A DNA stretch of 64,000 nt from Geosiphon pyriformis uo1 (taxonomy: Eukaryota; Fungi; Glomeromycota). The notes beneath the pieces are model-generated. The model was not told the DNA's origin and ran no database searches. It worked only from the letters and a program-made list of their open reading frames with translations. The stretch lies in the NCBI GenBank assembly GCA_016748015.1, contig JAAOMT010000046.1, positions 830,697 through 894,696 on the forward strand. Reading direction: 5' to 3'. The position numbers and the translations under genes are program-made. Below, in pieces: positions 12,461-23,906 of the stretch; the first letter of the stretch is position 1, and every line of letters starts with the position of its first letter.

Positions 12461-13150
12461 TGTTACGGGTTGGAGTAACAAGCTAACGGATAGCAAGGGA
12501 GAACAGGATTGTAGGGTGATGAAAGGAATCAAAGGGAATTCAACTTCAAAGAGCGAATTGAATAAGTATGGATTCAATGTGTGAGATCAGTCTCATAAAA
12601 TATCTCAGTTGCTATACTTTTCAAAAGATAACCAGAAATCTGAAGGTAGAGAGATAGTCCATACTGTCAACAAATGATCATGCCTGGTATAATTCTATGT
12701 CTCATGTCGGCGCTCTTAGAATTCAATATCAGGTATCAGATGTGCTCTTCAGTCATGTTTTATTCAATAATCTTCAAATGCTGCAATTACACGTTTCAGG
12801 AAAAGGGTAAAAAATAACCAACAAGTAATCTTTTATCTTTAAGATGTTCAGATACTTGAAAGTAGGGAAAGGGAAATTAGCGATAAGAGAAGGATTGAGA
12901 TGAAGTTGTTATTTTATTTCTTTTATTTCTTTGATTCTTACATACTTTTCTACAGCTAAGAGATTCATTGCTTATATAACTATCAAAAATGGTCAATGAT
13001 CAGGTCAATAATTAAGTCAATGATCAGGTCAATGGTCAGGTCAATGATCAGGTCATTGATCACTTTCTAAAAATAGAGTGGCTAATTTATATGACATTAG
13101 TGGCTAATACATGTGATAATTAATAAGAAGTATAGGTTTCAATCATAACA
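12461..13150 (-). repeat. 3' LTR of element A
   Basis: TGTTAC...ATAACA; about 94% identical to 19478-20167; degenerate polypurine tract GAAGAGGATGA adjacent at 13151-13161. Confidence 0.95.
12991..13062. repeat. Six tandem 12-mers (GGTCAATGATCA) in the LTR U3 region; also at about 20008-20079
   Basis: Seen directly; lies just upstream (minus strand) of a TATATAAG box. Confidence 0.85.
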
Positions 13151-13841
13151 TCATCCTCTTCAAAGAGATTGAGCTTTGGTGAAATCAAGCTATTCATAGT
13201 ATAATCTATTTGAAGGGTTTTATCTAACTTAAAGCTAATTAGTTTGTTGAAGTCTTTTGTGAATAAGATATATAACACTTGAAGCAAAATGAGTTTTGTA
13301 TTCAAGAGATCAAATCTTTGTATTAAAGTTTTGGCTCTTCTTGCAATAGTTAAAACTCTTGGGATATCTAACTGTATAATGCCCAAAATTTCTGTCTGTA
13401 TTTCTGAAGTTGTTTTCTTTATGAGTTTTATATTCTCTATGATTTCACCAAAGTGACCATAGAGTTTTAATTGTCTTCTATATGACAAGTTTTTGTCTAT
13501 AGGTAAGATTTCTTGGAATTTTTTTCCAATTGTGTTGAAAGATGGGAGTATAGTTGTTATTATATTTGCCAACAGATATTTATCCATTTTACTACCAATT
13601 TTTTCTCTTCTGGTAGTAGTTTTCTTTGGTCTAATAACAGTATGTGTTCTACTGTTATCAGTTATAGTGGTCTGTTTTTCAATGGTCAGAGTAGCATTTG
13701 GATAATTTTTGATCCAATATTCATGGAGAGTATAAAAAGTGTTTTGAATGTTTTAATCCAGAAAATAATTGTTTATGTCAATTAAAGATATCTCTGTTTT
13801 GGGAATGGTACATTTAATTATACTTGATTTTTGCTGATCAT
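13120..13841 (-). pseudogene. Element A extra 3' ORF of unknown function, downstream of integrase and running 30 nt into the LTR
   Basis: 155-aa open tail plus about 85 upstream codons broken only by TAA stops, probably from CAA. Confidence 0.6.
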
Positions 13842-13844
13842 TTG

Positions 13845-15129
13845 AGTCGGTATTACCACAACAGGCAGCCAATCAGGTCATTTATGATATTTCTTAGTGA
13901 TGTACTATGAACAGAATAATTATTAAAGATTGTTTTAGATTGATCTTAAAGAATATAAAAACCATTGTTTAGAACTTTGTTGACTATAAAAGATTCTTTC
14001 TATTGGCTAGAAAATTTATCACTATAGACATTGTTTCTATCTGAACGATATTCTAGTATCAAGTCACCAATACTTAAAGAATGTGTTTTATAGGTTTTTT
14101 TTCTTTTAAGCTTTTTTTAAAACTGTTTTATCTTTTTAAAAACAATTATTTGTGCTTTTACCAAGGAGTCAAGAATAATATTAAGTCTTCTTTGCAAAAT
14201 GTCTTTGTAATTTCCTATTGTGATTTCTTCAAAGAGTATTGTTTCAATATCAATCTTTATTGGTAGTATTGCCATACATTCATAGAGCAGATAAAAAAGT
14301 TCATAACTTGTTATGTTATAATTCATAGTTCTATAAGCAAATAAAGCTGAAGGCAGTACTTTGTTCCATAAGTTTGTTTTTTCACTGGTTTTGGCTAGGA
14401 TTTCACATAATGTTCTATTAAAACATTCTACTAGGCCATTTGTTTAAGAGTAATAAAGGGATGAAAGTTTATAATGTATTCCCATTTTTCTACAAAGTTC
14501 TTCAACCAGTGTACTAAGAAAAACTCTTTCTCTATTAGATAAAAGTTCTTTGAAGCAACCATAATGGCAGATGATATCTTCATAAATAAAATTGGCTATT
14601 GAGACTGCTGTTTGGTCTGAGATGGCTTTTGCTTCTACTCATTTTGTAAGATAGTCGGTAACTATAATAATATATCTGTTGTCATTAAGAGTTATTATTA
14701 AAAGTCCAACAATATCTATACCAATTCTGTTAAATGATTAACTAACAGAAATTGGATGGATATCTTTTTTGCAATGGGTTTGCCTCTTCTTTGGCAGATG
14801 TCACAGGTTTTGATGTATTTAGCAATGTCTTTTTTCAAAGTAAGTCAATAATAACAAGCTAAAGTTTTCTGAATTGTTTTTGTTTTTCCAAAGTGTCCAG
14901 CTAATGAATTAGTATGCATGTTGTATATTACAATTTCTTTTTTTTCAAATCTGATAACTCTTTGGGGGCAGTCAGGATCTTTTCTGTTTCTTTTATATAA
15001 TTGGTTCTGGCAGATCAAATAGAAATTTGATTGTTTATGCAAATGTTCTCTTTGCTGTCGAGTGTATTCTGGTGAATATTGTTTTTTACTCATAAATTCT
15101 ATTAAAACAGAGTAGTTATCCAAGTCCAT
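13845..15129 (-). pseudogene. Element A integrase (HHCC zinc finger, rve, GPY/F-like), with its own ATG
   Basis: MDLDNY...MHTNSLAGHFG...CDIC; GIDIVGL; TNGLVECFNRT; C-terminal SF/NG.Y.L motif. Confidence 0.85.
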
Positions 15130-15190
15130 TATCGTGTTTGTTTGTGAAGAAGTTATTAATAATTAAGTTGGTTTAATTTGAGAGGTTATA

Positions 15191-18100
15191 CTATTACTGG
15201 ATGGTAAGTTTAGAAAGAGTGTCTGCATTTTGATGATTTGCTTCTTTGTGGTGTTAAATATCATAGTTGAATTCATCCAAGTGGAGTATCTAGCAAGTTA
15301 TTTGTTTATGTTCCAGTTTTTTTTTATTGTGCAGCCAAACCAAGGCTTGATGATCTGTTATCACTAAAAATTTTGTGCCAAGAAGATATTGATCTTAGTA
15401 GTTAGTAGTCCAAACTACTGCTAAACATTCTTGTTTAGTAACTAAATAGTTCTTTTCTGCTGGTATGAGAGATCTACAAACATATGCTATGGCATGTTCT
15501 CTGTCATTTTCATCTTTCTGTAAAAAACAGCACCAAGTCCATAGCCAGATGTATCAGTGTAAAGGATGAAAGATTGGTTCAGATCAGGTTGCTTAAGAAT
15601 TGGTTGAGTAACAAGTTTTTCTTTTAGAATTTCAAAAGCTTTTTGTTGATGAGTGTCTTAGTGATAATTGACATTTTTCCTGAATAGCTAATTAAGAAGA
15701 AAGGCAATTTTGAAGAAATCCTTGATAAATTTGCAATAATAAGAGACCAAACCAAAAAAAGAGCATAGTTTAGAAACATTTATTGGTTGTCTAATGTTCT
15801 AAACTTTTTCAACTTTAGCTGAATCAGAAAATATTCCATTTTTTGTAATAAAATGACCAAGGAACTGGGTGGATTGGTGTCCAAAGAAAGATTTGATTGG
15901 ATTGATCTTAAGGCCAGCATTTCTGAGCAGGTCAAAAACCTTCTGTAAATGTTCAAGATGTTCATCCCAGGTTTTTAAATATACTATTATGTCATTCAAG
16001 TAAACCAGAACAAAATTTTCTTTTACTGATTCAAACACTTTATCCATTAGGCGTTGAAAAATAGAAAGAGCATTAGTAAGACCAAAAGACATGACTGTGA
16101 ATTCATAGATGCCATACTTGGTAATGAATACAGTTTTTTTTCTGCTTTCTGGATCCATCTCTATTTGCCAGAATTCAGCAGTTAAATCAATAGTTGAGAA
16201 GAAAGCAACACCATTGAATTTATCTAACATTGTATCAATTTTGGGAAGTGGGTATATGTCTTTTATAGTGATGGCATTTAATTGGTGATAGTTAACACAG
16301 AAGCATAGGGTTCCACTTTTCTTAGATATTACTACAACTGGAAAAGCCCATTCACTCTTGGTTTTTTGTATGAATTCAAGATCTTTCATCCTGTTTATCT
16401 CTTTCTTAATAAACCCATCATTGTGTTGATTGGATTGATAAAGCTTTAAATGGATGGGACAAGTTTCTTTTGTGGTGATGGTGTATTGTATTACATGGGT
16501 TTATCCAGGAGTGTCACTTTCTTTTAAAATAACTGGGCTATTTCTAGCCAATAGGTTTTCAATGTCTATTTTTTTTTCTTCAGGGAAAGATTCTTTTTGT
16601 TTTATAACTAGTGATTGGATTTCAAGTGATTTATTCTCAAAAAACTTGTACTTCTTTAAGTTTTTCTCGAAGTATCAAGCTAATTGGTTCCCAATCTTTG
16701 TAATAGATCAGACAGGATTTGCATTCATCACTTGGTAAATACAAAAGTTTATTACACCAGCATTATGTACAAGAACCATGCCACCAATAACTGTATTTGG
16801 CTTTCTTGCTAAGTTTTTTGTCAAAAGTTCTTTTGAAGATGTTATAGTAAGACCAGCAGATCAGCTTGCTATTTACTATGATTCCTTTTTTGTCAGCTTT
16901 AACATTGTTCAGTGGTTTATTATTGCTGGTAAAGATGGTATAAACAAGTTCAGCAGTTTTTTCTTGTTTTTCTTGATTTTTTTTATCATCACTCTCATCA
17001 TTATCTGATTCATCTGATTGTTCTTTTTCTTGGTTCTGTTTGGTTACTAGAGAAGTTGTCCAATAATGGCACTTAACCACAATAGGTTTCTCATCATATC
17101 TGATGGTCAGTGCACAAAGTTCATAATCAAGCAAAGCTTTTATTTTTTTAAGCCATTTATTGTTAACTATTATGGTATTTTTTTTGGCTTCAAATACTTT
17201 TATGTCAGTTTCAATGCTGATGCCATTGATTCAAACAGAAACAGCTTTGGCTAAGCCCAGACCTTTTTTTTTGTCACCATGTATATTGGTTATTGGTCTT
17301 GTAGATGGTTCATTAATTTTTATGCCAATTGCTTCTAAAAAGTGTTTGGCAATAATGCTAACAGATGATTCACTGTCCAAGATCAGATCAATGAAATAAC
17401 CAGCCACTTGGACTTTACAAATGAGAGGGATAATATTGTTGTTGTCAGCAAGTTTAGCTTGATATGAGCATTTGTTGGTCTTTGGTGTCTTTTTCTTGAG
17501 TATTAATAATTTATAAAGATTTTTTCTAAACTGTGGGTGAGTCATTAGTTGGCCAAATGTAATGTGTGTTGAAGCTTCCATGAGATTTTCAACAACAGAA
17601 TAAGAACCAGATTTTTGTACTATTTCTGAGGATTTCAACTTTGGAGAATTCTTGAAAACTTTGGTCTTTGGTGGCTCATTGTTATCAGCAGATAATTTGG
17701 ATGCTTTGTTTGGGTCCAAGACAAAATCAATCTTGGTTTTCTTCTTTTTTCTGGTTGATTCAGAGGTGTTAATTGCTAGTTCATCCATATTATGATCATT
17801 ATCAGTTAGATTAAAAGCATAAAAAGAGTTTTTTTCTGGTTGGCTTGCATTCTCACTCTTTGGAGGTGCACCTACCAGTTTAAAAGCTGATAAACAATGG
17901 CTTTAACTAAGGAATCCTCTCCAAAGAAATTGATGTTAGCATGATTGAATCTTTGATTGGGGACATTATTGTTAATGGTTCTGTTGTTTTGATTGTCATT
18001 GTTTTTAAGAGCTGGAGAAGGCAAGAGAAGATTGTTACAATCTCTGGAAAAATGTCCAGTTAATCCACAGTGATAACACACAGGTGGGCCACAATTTTGT

Positions 18101-19425
18101 TGTTTTTGATATAGGAGTTGCTGGGGTTGATTAAAATGAGGTTCAAATCTGGGTTTTTGGGATTGTTGATTCTCTTTGACAGTTTGGGCTAAGAGTTCCA
18201 GTAACCAGACAAGATTAGCTGTGAATCTATTTATTAACTGTTTATTTGGGCCTTGAATTTGGACAGCAAAAGAGGCAGCAGTCATTTGTGGAGCTGGAGT
18301 CATGGCAAAAGCAGAAGCAAAAACTGGAAGTGTGAATTCCAAATACATTCTTTGGTTATCTTTAATTTTTTGTACCAATTCAATAGCTATGTCCATTGTT
18401 GGGTTGTCTTTTAAAGCCAAGAGAGGCCAAAAAACATACAATAGATCAGTTCTTAATCTTTTTGTGAAAGAATGGATTTTTTGCTCTTCTGTTTAATTTT
18501 TCTCAGAGTCTACACATTTGATTAGCTTTTTGATAGCTTTGGCATATTTAATCACTACTTTTCCAGGGCTTTGGGTTCTTCTTTCTAATTTCATGCACCA
18601 TTTGGATATTAATATTGGGATTCTGAACTTGGTTTCAAACCAGATAGTAAAAGAGATATTTTCTTCTCCAACATTGATTGGTGTCCATCTGATTATTTGG
18701 TGTTGAGCATTAACATCTGTTTTTTGTGAGAACCAGGTAGCAAAAGAGCCTTAAAGATAGCCACCAATGATTTGGAACTTGTATTTTTTATCATACTGGT
18801 TGGCTGTGGCAGCTCTCTCAAAATCATCCAATTATTCAATTGGATCTTGTGCATCATCTCTAAATAATGGTAGTGGGGTATTGTTTCTTCTTTCTAAAGC
18901 AGTTTGTATACCTTAAAAAACAGCCAGAATGTTTGCTTGTATAAGGTCATTAACCATTGGTTTAGGAGTAACTGTTTGTATAAATGAGTCTGATTCGCTT
19001 AATAAAAAATCAAAAACAGGAGCAGTTTGGTAGCTTTCTTCTTCTGTTTCAAAGGGAGTTTCAGTTGCTTGATGAGCAGCAATCCAAATGTGGATTTGAT
19101 GATTCAGATATTCGGAATCAAGAGGCTGTTGTTCAAAAGTTGTGGAGTATAAAAGTTGATTGATGCTGTTGTTTCTTTCTTCAAAGTTGTCTTCAAAATA
19201 AGCTTGATCAAAGTAATAAGTTATATAGGCTGTGTAGATTTCAGCTGAATGCTTGTTCAAAAACCAGTTCCAAAAGTCTTGGAATTGTCTGCTGGATTGT
19301 TCTTCAATGAGGAAGCAAATTAAGCAGAAGAGCAAAGGGTTGAGTTCAATAAAGTCTAGATTATTTTTGTTGTGTGCTTCAAAGTGTTTTTCTGATTGTT
19401 GTGGCAGGTATGAATAATCACCCAT
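15191..19425 (-). pseudogene. Element A gag-pol (Gag, -1 frameshift, PR, RT, RNase H)
   Basis: ORF pieces 18913-19425, 17872-18441, 17231-17788, 16763-17134, 15799-16389; RNase H ends NADTLSKLTIQ**. Confidence 0.9.
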
Positions 19426-19456
19426 ACAATAGAAAACAAAGTGGATTTTGACAATT

Positions 19457-19471
19457 TCACAGGGAGCACCA
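19457..19471 (-). promoter_or_regulatory. Primer-binding site of element A (TGGTGCTCCCTGTGA), tRNA-Ile(UAU)-like
   Basis: Starts with TGG 6 nt inside the 5' LTR; complement ends GGAGCACCA like eukaryotic tRNA-Ile(UAU). tRNA identity is from recall, not searched. Confidence 0.6.
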
Positions 19472-19477
19472 CTTTTA

Positions 19478-20167
19478 TGTTACAGGTTGGAGTAACAAGC
19501 TAACAAATAGTAAAAGAGAACAAGATTGTAGGGTGATAAAAGGAATCAAAGGGAATTCAACTTCAAAGACTGAATTGAATAAGTATGGATTCAATGTGCG
19601 AGATCAGTCTCATAAAATATCTTAGTCACTATACTTTTCAAAAGATAACCAGAAATCTGAGGGTAGAGGGATAGTCCGTACTGTCAACAAATGATCACAC
19701 CTGGTATAATTCTATGCCTCACATCAGCACTCTTAGAATTCAATATCAGGTATCAGATGTGCTCTTCAGTCACGTTTTATTCAATAATCTTCAAATGCTG
19801 CAATTACACGTTTCAGGAAAAGAATAAAGAATAACCAACAAGTAATCTTTTATCTTTAAGATGTTTAAATACTTGAAAGTAGGGAAAGGGAAATTAATGA
19901 TAAGAGAAGGATTGAGATGAAGTTGTTATTTTATTTCTTTTATTTCTTTGATTCTTACATACTTTTCTACAGCTAAGAGATTCATCGCTTATATAGCTAT
20001 CAAAAGTGGTCAATGATCAGGTCAATGATCAAGTCAATGATCAGGTCAACGGTCAGGTCAATGATCAGGTCATTGATCACTTTCTAAAAATAGAGTGGCT
20101 AATTTATATGACATCAGTGGTTAATACATGTGATAATTAATAAGAAGTATAGGTTTCAACCGTAACA
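19478..20167 (-). repeat. 5' LTR of element A
   Basis: TGTTAC...GTAACA, followed by TSD ATAG at 20168-20171. Confidence 0.95.
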
Positions 20168-20369
20168 ATAGTAAATAGCTTATTATATTAGCTGAAAATA
20201 ATCAGTAGCTTAGTGCTAAGCTCCTTTAGAAAAAATAAACGACCGAAAGATTTAAGAAAGAGTTGCGCATAATAAGGTCTCAGAAGATGAAAGGATTGTA
20301 GAGCTTATCAAAGAAGCTAGATACTAGGTTATGTTTTATAATGCAGATATCTTTGGTACAGTAATGGTT

Positions 20370-23300
20370 TCAATGAGAATCTAGCAATCCAGCGTGTCGA
20401 AGCAATGGCTTAATGTCTGATTCTTCGCGTCCTCGGAAAAGTTTCCAAACTTGTTTTGGAGGAATAGCTCCACCCAATGAGAGTAATGTATCGCGATAAT
20501 GACGACCTATTTCGGCTCGGATAGCTGGTATTTCTTCCGGGGTTTTTTGATCGATTGCTTCTTCAAAGGCAGCATAAGCATCAGCCGAATAAACCTCGGA
20601 CCATTTATAGCTAGGTCCCAGCATTAATAAAAAAATTAAACGATTTCGAAATAAATGAATCGAATGACTTATTTTTCGATAAAAACTCTAACCTGTAATA
20701 GCCTGCACTATACCCGCTATCGTACATATTTCCCCAAAGATGCTGAAATCCACAAAGGGATTTATCCTCTGGTATTCGAGGAGTCACCAAAATTCGCTGG
20801 GCGATTTCTAGATCCACGTCAAAAATGGTTTTTTCTTGAGAGTTTGTGGTCGTTGGTTCGGGTGGGATGAAGTTAGAATGAAGTGTGAGGTCTACTTGCG
20901 ATAATTGGAGCTAAAAAATAAATCATCGAGTCTGAGAAAATAATTATGTTTGCAAAAAGTTCTCGAAATTTACTTGTCTTGTCATCGCCATTCCTGCAAG
21001 GAATCTCCGATTCAAAACAAGAGATTTGACCATGTCAACCGGCATCGGTTCCCCGGTCTCATAGTGTCCTGATAAGCGAGCAAGCCTTTCAGGCTCATAG
21101 CAAAAGTTTTCCATAAATTGGGAGGCTACCTCCACAAAATCCCTGGTGTATTAAAAAAGAGCCAGTAAATTTGTGATCTGAATCAATTCATTCTATCCTT
21201 GAGAGATCATTTACCATTCAATGCCCTTGATTCCTGACGCTTGTGGGAAATCCACTGTTGTCAGAGACTGAAATTGTAATGAGAAAAGTTACACTCTGTC
21301 AAAAAAAATTTTAACTCATCTCTCGAGAATTACACGCAAAAAAAAAAAAGAAAACATACATGCTGTAAGCAATGACCGAATTCGTGAAAGATCGTCTCAA
21401 CATCCCGAAACGTTAATATTGAAGGTGTTGAAGTTAAGGAAGGTGGAGGGGCATTACAATTTAAATAACCTTAACCCACAGAGAAAAACAGTTAGTTCTG
21501 AATAAATTATTGAATATGCAATAAATTAAGCAAATACGTACCAACAGGAAGTCTAATTTCTTGCGTCAATGGATCTTTGCTTCGAGTGGATACTATATCT
21601 ACCCAAGCCCCACTATTTTTTTCCTCAGGTCGACTATAGAAGAAAAGTAGTCATACATTAGTGACTCACGATAAGGCGAATTATCTCACTTGGCTCACCT
21701 ATAGAAATCTCCGTAAAAATAAGCTAAGGGTGTTCCGGAATTTTTATCTTTTATCATGTAAACTTTGACATCTTTGCACCATGTAGTTATTCCCTCTTTT
21801 AATTGGTCAACCTCTTGAACTTGTACTCCGAGAATTTCTTCAGCTAATCCAAATAGCCCATTGACAACTTTGTCGAAGGTAAAATATTTGGAAATCTCAT
21901 CATCGGAATACTTGAACAAATTTTTTCGGTACTGTTCGCCCACGTACGTTACATCCCAAGGTTTTAGTGGTAGGGATAGATCAAGGTTGTCTTTAGCGAA
22001 AAGATTCAATTCCTCAAATTCTCGATGTGCAGCGTTTATGGAGGCGGTAAAAAGGTCCTCAATGAGTTTATTCGCGGACTCGACAGTACCTGCCATTTTA
22101 TGGGATAGCGATAAAGCTGCGAAATGTGGGAATCCCAAGATAGTAGCTTCCTCTGAATAAAAGGAAAAATTGATTATAATTACTATCGGATTCAAAGCAT
22201 TATACCCGGATTAGGCTAAGATATACCTTTTCGAAGTTTGAGCAATTCGTTAATAATAGGCTCGTTATTCCATTTGCCCGTAGAAGCCTTAGTTACATGC
22301 CCTCGATAAACCTATGATTAACAATAAGAATATTTCTCATAAGGTATTTCCTTCAAAAAAGCGTACCGCAATTTTACCTTTTCACGAAGCGATCGATTCT
22401 CACAAAACTTCAAAAATGGCAAAAGAACTGGCTGATCAAGAGTGATGGCCCACGGGCCTTTTTCTTTAACAAATCAAGCCAATTATTAAAATTAAAACTT
22501 TCAAGAGGATCCCTCATGTTTCATGGTCAATAGAGAAATAAATCGTATAATAACTTAAAAGCATCTTATTACCTGGATCGCCACTTCCAAAGCCCCTTTG
22601 CAAGGCTGATTCAGCCATCAATTTTAATAACCTGTCAGAACAACCTTTAAGCGCTTCTTTTTCATTAACAACTTCAGCAAAATCCTTCGATGCATCCAGA
22701 AGATTGTTTAGGAATTTTATTCCAAGGAGGGATATCTGGTTTTTAACTTGATTGAATCTTAATTTCTCGGGAGAATCGGCAGCTAGTCCAACACCGTCAA
22801 GTTGCATTGCTTTGATTTCTAGGCTGATAATTCTTTGTTGTTGAGGTGTGAGAGTTACAAAGGAATCTTTATTATTAGCAAGGGTGGTCAGGGCTTGATA
22901 CAAGGGAAACGATTGTTTCATCCGAAGTCTGATTTCTGTGAGTTTTGGCTGGAAGCCAAATCGAGTTTTCAGAATCGATTATGCGTTAATCGCCAGATTT
23001 TATTTGTGATCTTGGACGAAATACCTGAATCTTTTCCACAGCCTCTCTGAATTCTTTCGAGTTTTTAACATTGTTTAAATGATTCGGAATACCGAAAGCA
23101 CGTTCAAGATCATCGTGAAGATCTTGCACTTTGCGAGTGAAATTGTAGGTTGTTTGTTATTTATTGAATTATGAAAAATGTACGAATTACTTTTCAAGCC
23201 CTTTTGCAGGGAAGCTCACCCAATTCAATGGTGCCCTCCCAGGTTGAAGTAAAGCTTGCTTCGCGTTTCGCAAATTCTTTTTCTATTCTCGGGAAAAGAA

Positions 23301-23532
23301 TTTCTGCAGCTTGAAGAACGTGGTCTGGTTTTACAGCTGCGAAATCAGGGAATTTTGACCAATTTAGCAAGGGATTCTTTTTCTCTTCAGGACTTTTCGC
23401 AATTAAGAAGGGACTGTTTATCGGAAAGCTTGACATAGTAGCAAAATTAGCTCTAAATGTCAAGGAAAGTAAAATTCTTTTGTTGGATAATAACGAACAG
23501 AATGTTTTGAGTTTTGAATTTGTCCGAAGCAT
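20370..23532 (-). CDS. M3A metallopeptidase of oligopeptidase A (PrlC/OpdA, plant OOP) type with a mitochondrial presequence; about 10 exons
   Basis: IFHEFGHCLQH zinc motif (about 21360-21395); [49 protein letters not shown]; FRGRE...PLLRHAGL. Confidence 0.9.
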
Positions 23533-23633
23533 CTAAAAATTAGGCAAACGGAAATTTGTTAAATCATGAGTTTGTGTGACGCCAGTTAAAATTTTATTTT
23601 CTCGCTACTGTGAATTATTTCTTGAAAATCACA

Positions 23634-23906
23634 ATGTCAGGCCTTTCTTCACAAAAAGACAACCTAGAGTTCGACGAAAATGCCCAACGTGAACTTACGA
23701 AATTTCTTGAAAGCGAAAATGCTAAGGCTCGCATTCAACAGTCTGTTCACATGTTTACTGATCTCTGTTGGGACAAATGCATCGGCAAGATTGGAAATAA
23801 AATTGATCGGTCTGAAGAAACCTGTCTCACAAATTGTGTCGAACGATTTCTCGATACGAGCATTTTCATCGTTAAAAGACTGGATGAGCAAAAAAACAAT
23901 TTGTGA
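23634..23906 (+). CDS. TIM8: Mitochondrial intermembrane-space chaperone Tim8, intronless
   Basis: Twin CX3C (CWDKC, CLTNC) and VERFLDTS; ATG at 23634. Confidence 0.95.
   Translation: MSGLSSQKDNLEFDENAQRELTKFLESENAKARIQQSVHMFTDLCWDKCIGKIGNKIDRSEETCLTNCVERFLDTSIFIVKRLDEQKNNL

Larger units (their letters stand above)
12461..20167 (-). mobile_element. Full-length Ty3/gypsy LTR retrotransposon (element A), inactivated by nonsense transitions
   Basis: Two 690-bp TG...CA LTRs with a 4-bp ATAG target-site duplication. Gag CCHC knuckle (CYHCGLTGHFSRDC), protease (LILDSESS), RT (FGLTNA, YLND), RNase H, integrase. Confidence 0.96.

Noticed and set aside
12991-13062. Repeat array as a CRISPR-like locus
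   Set aside because: Contiguous 12-mers without spacers, inside a eukaryotic LTR.
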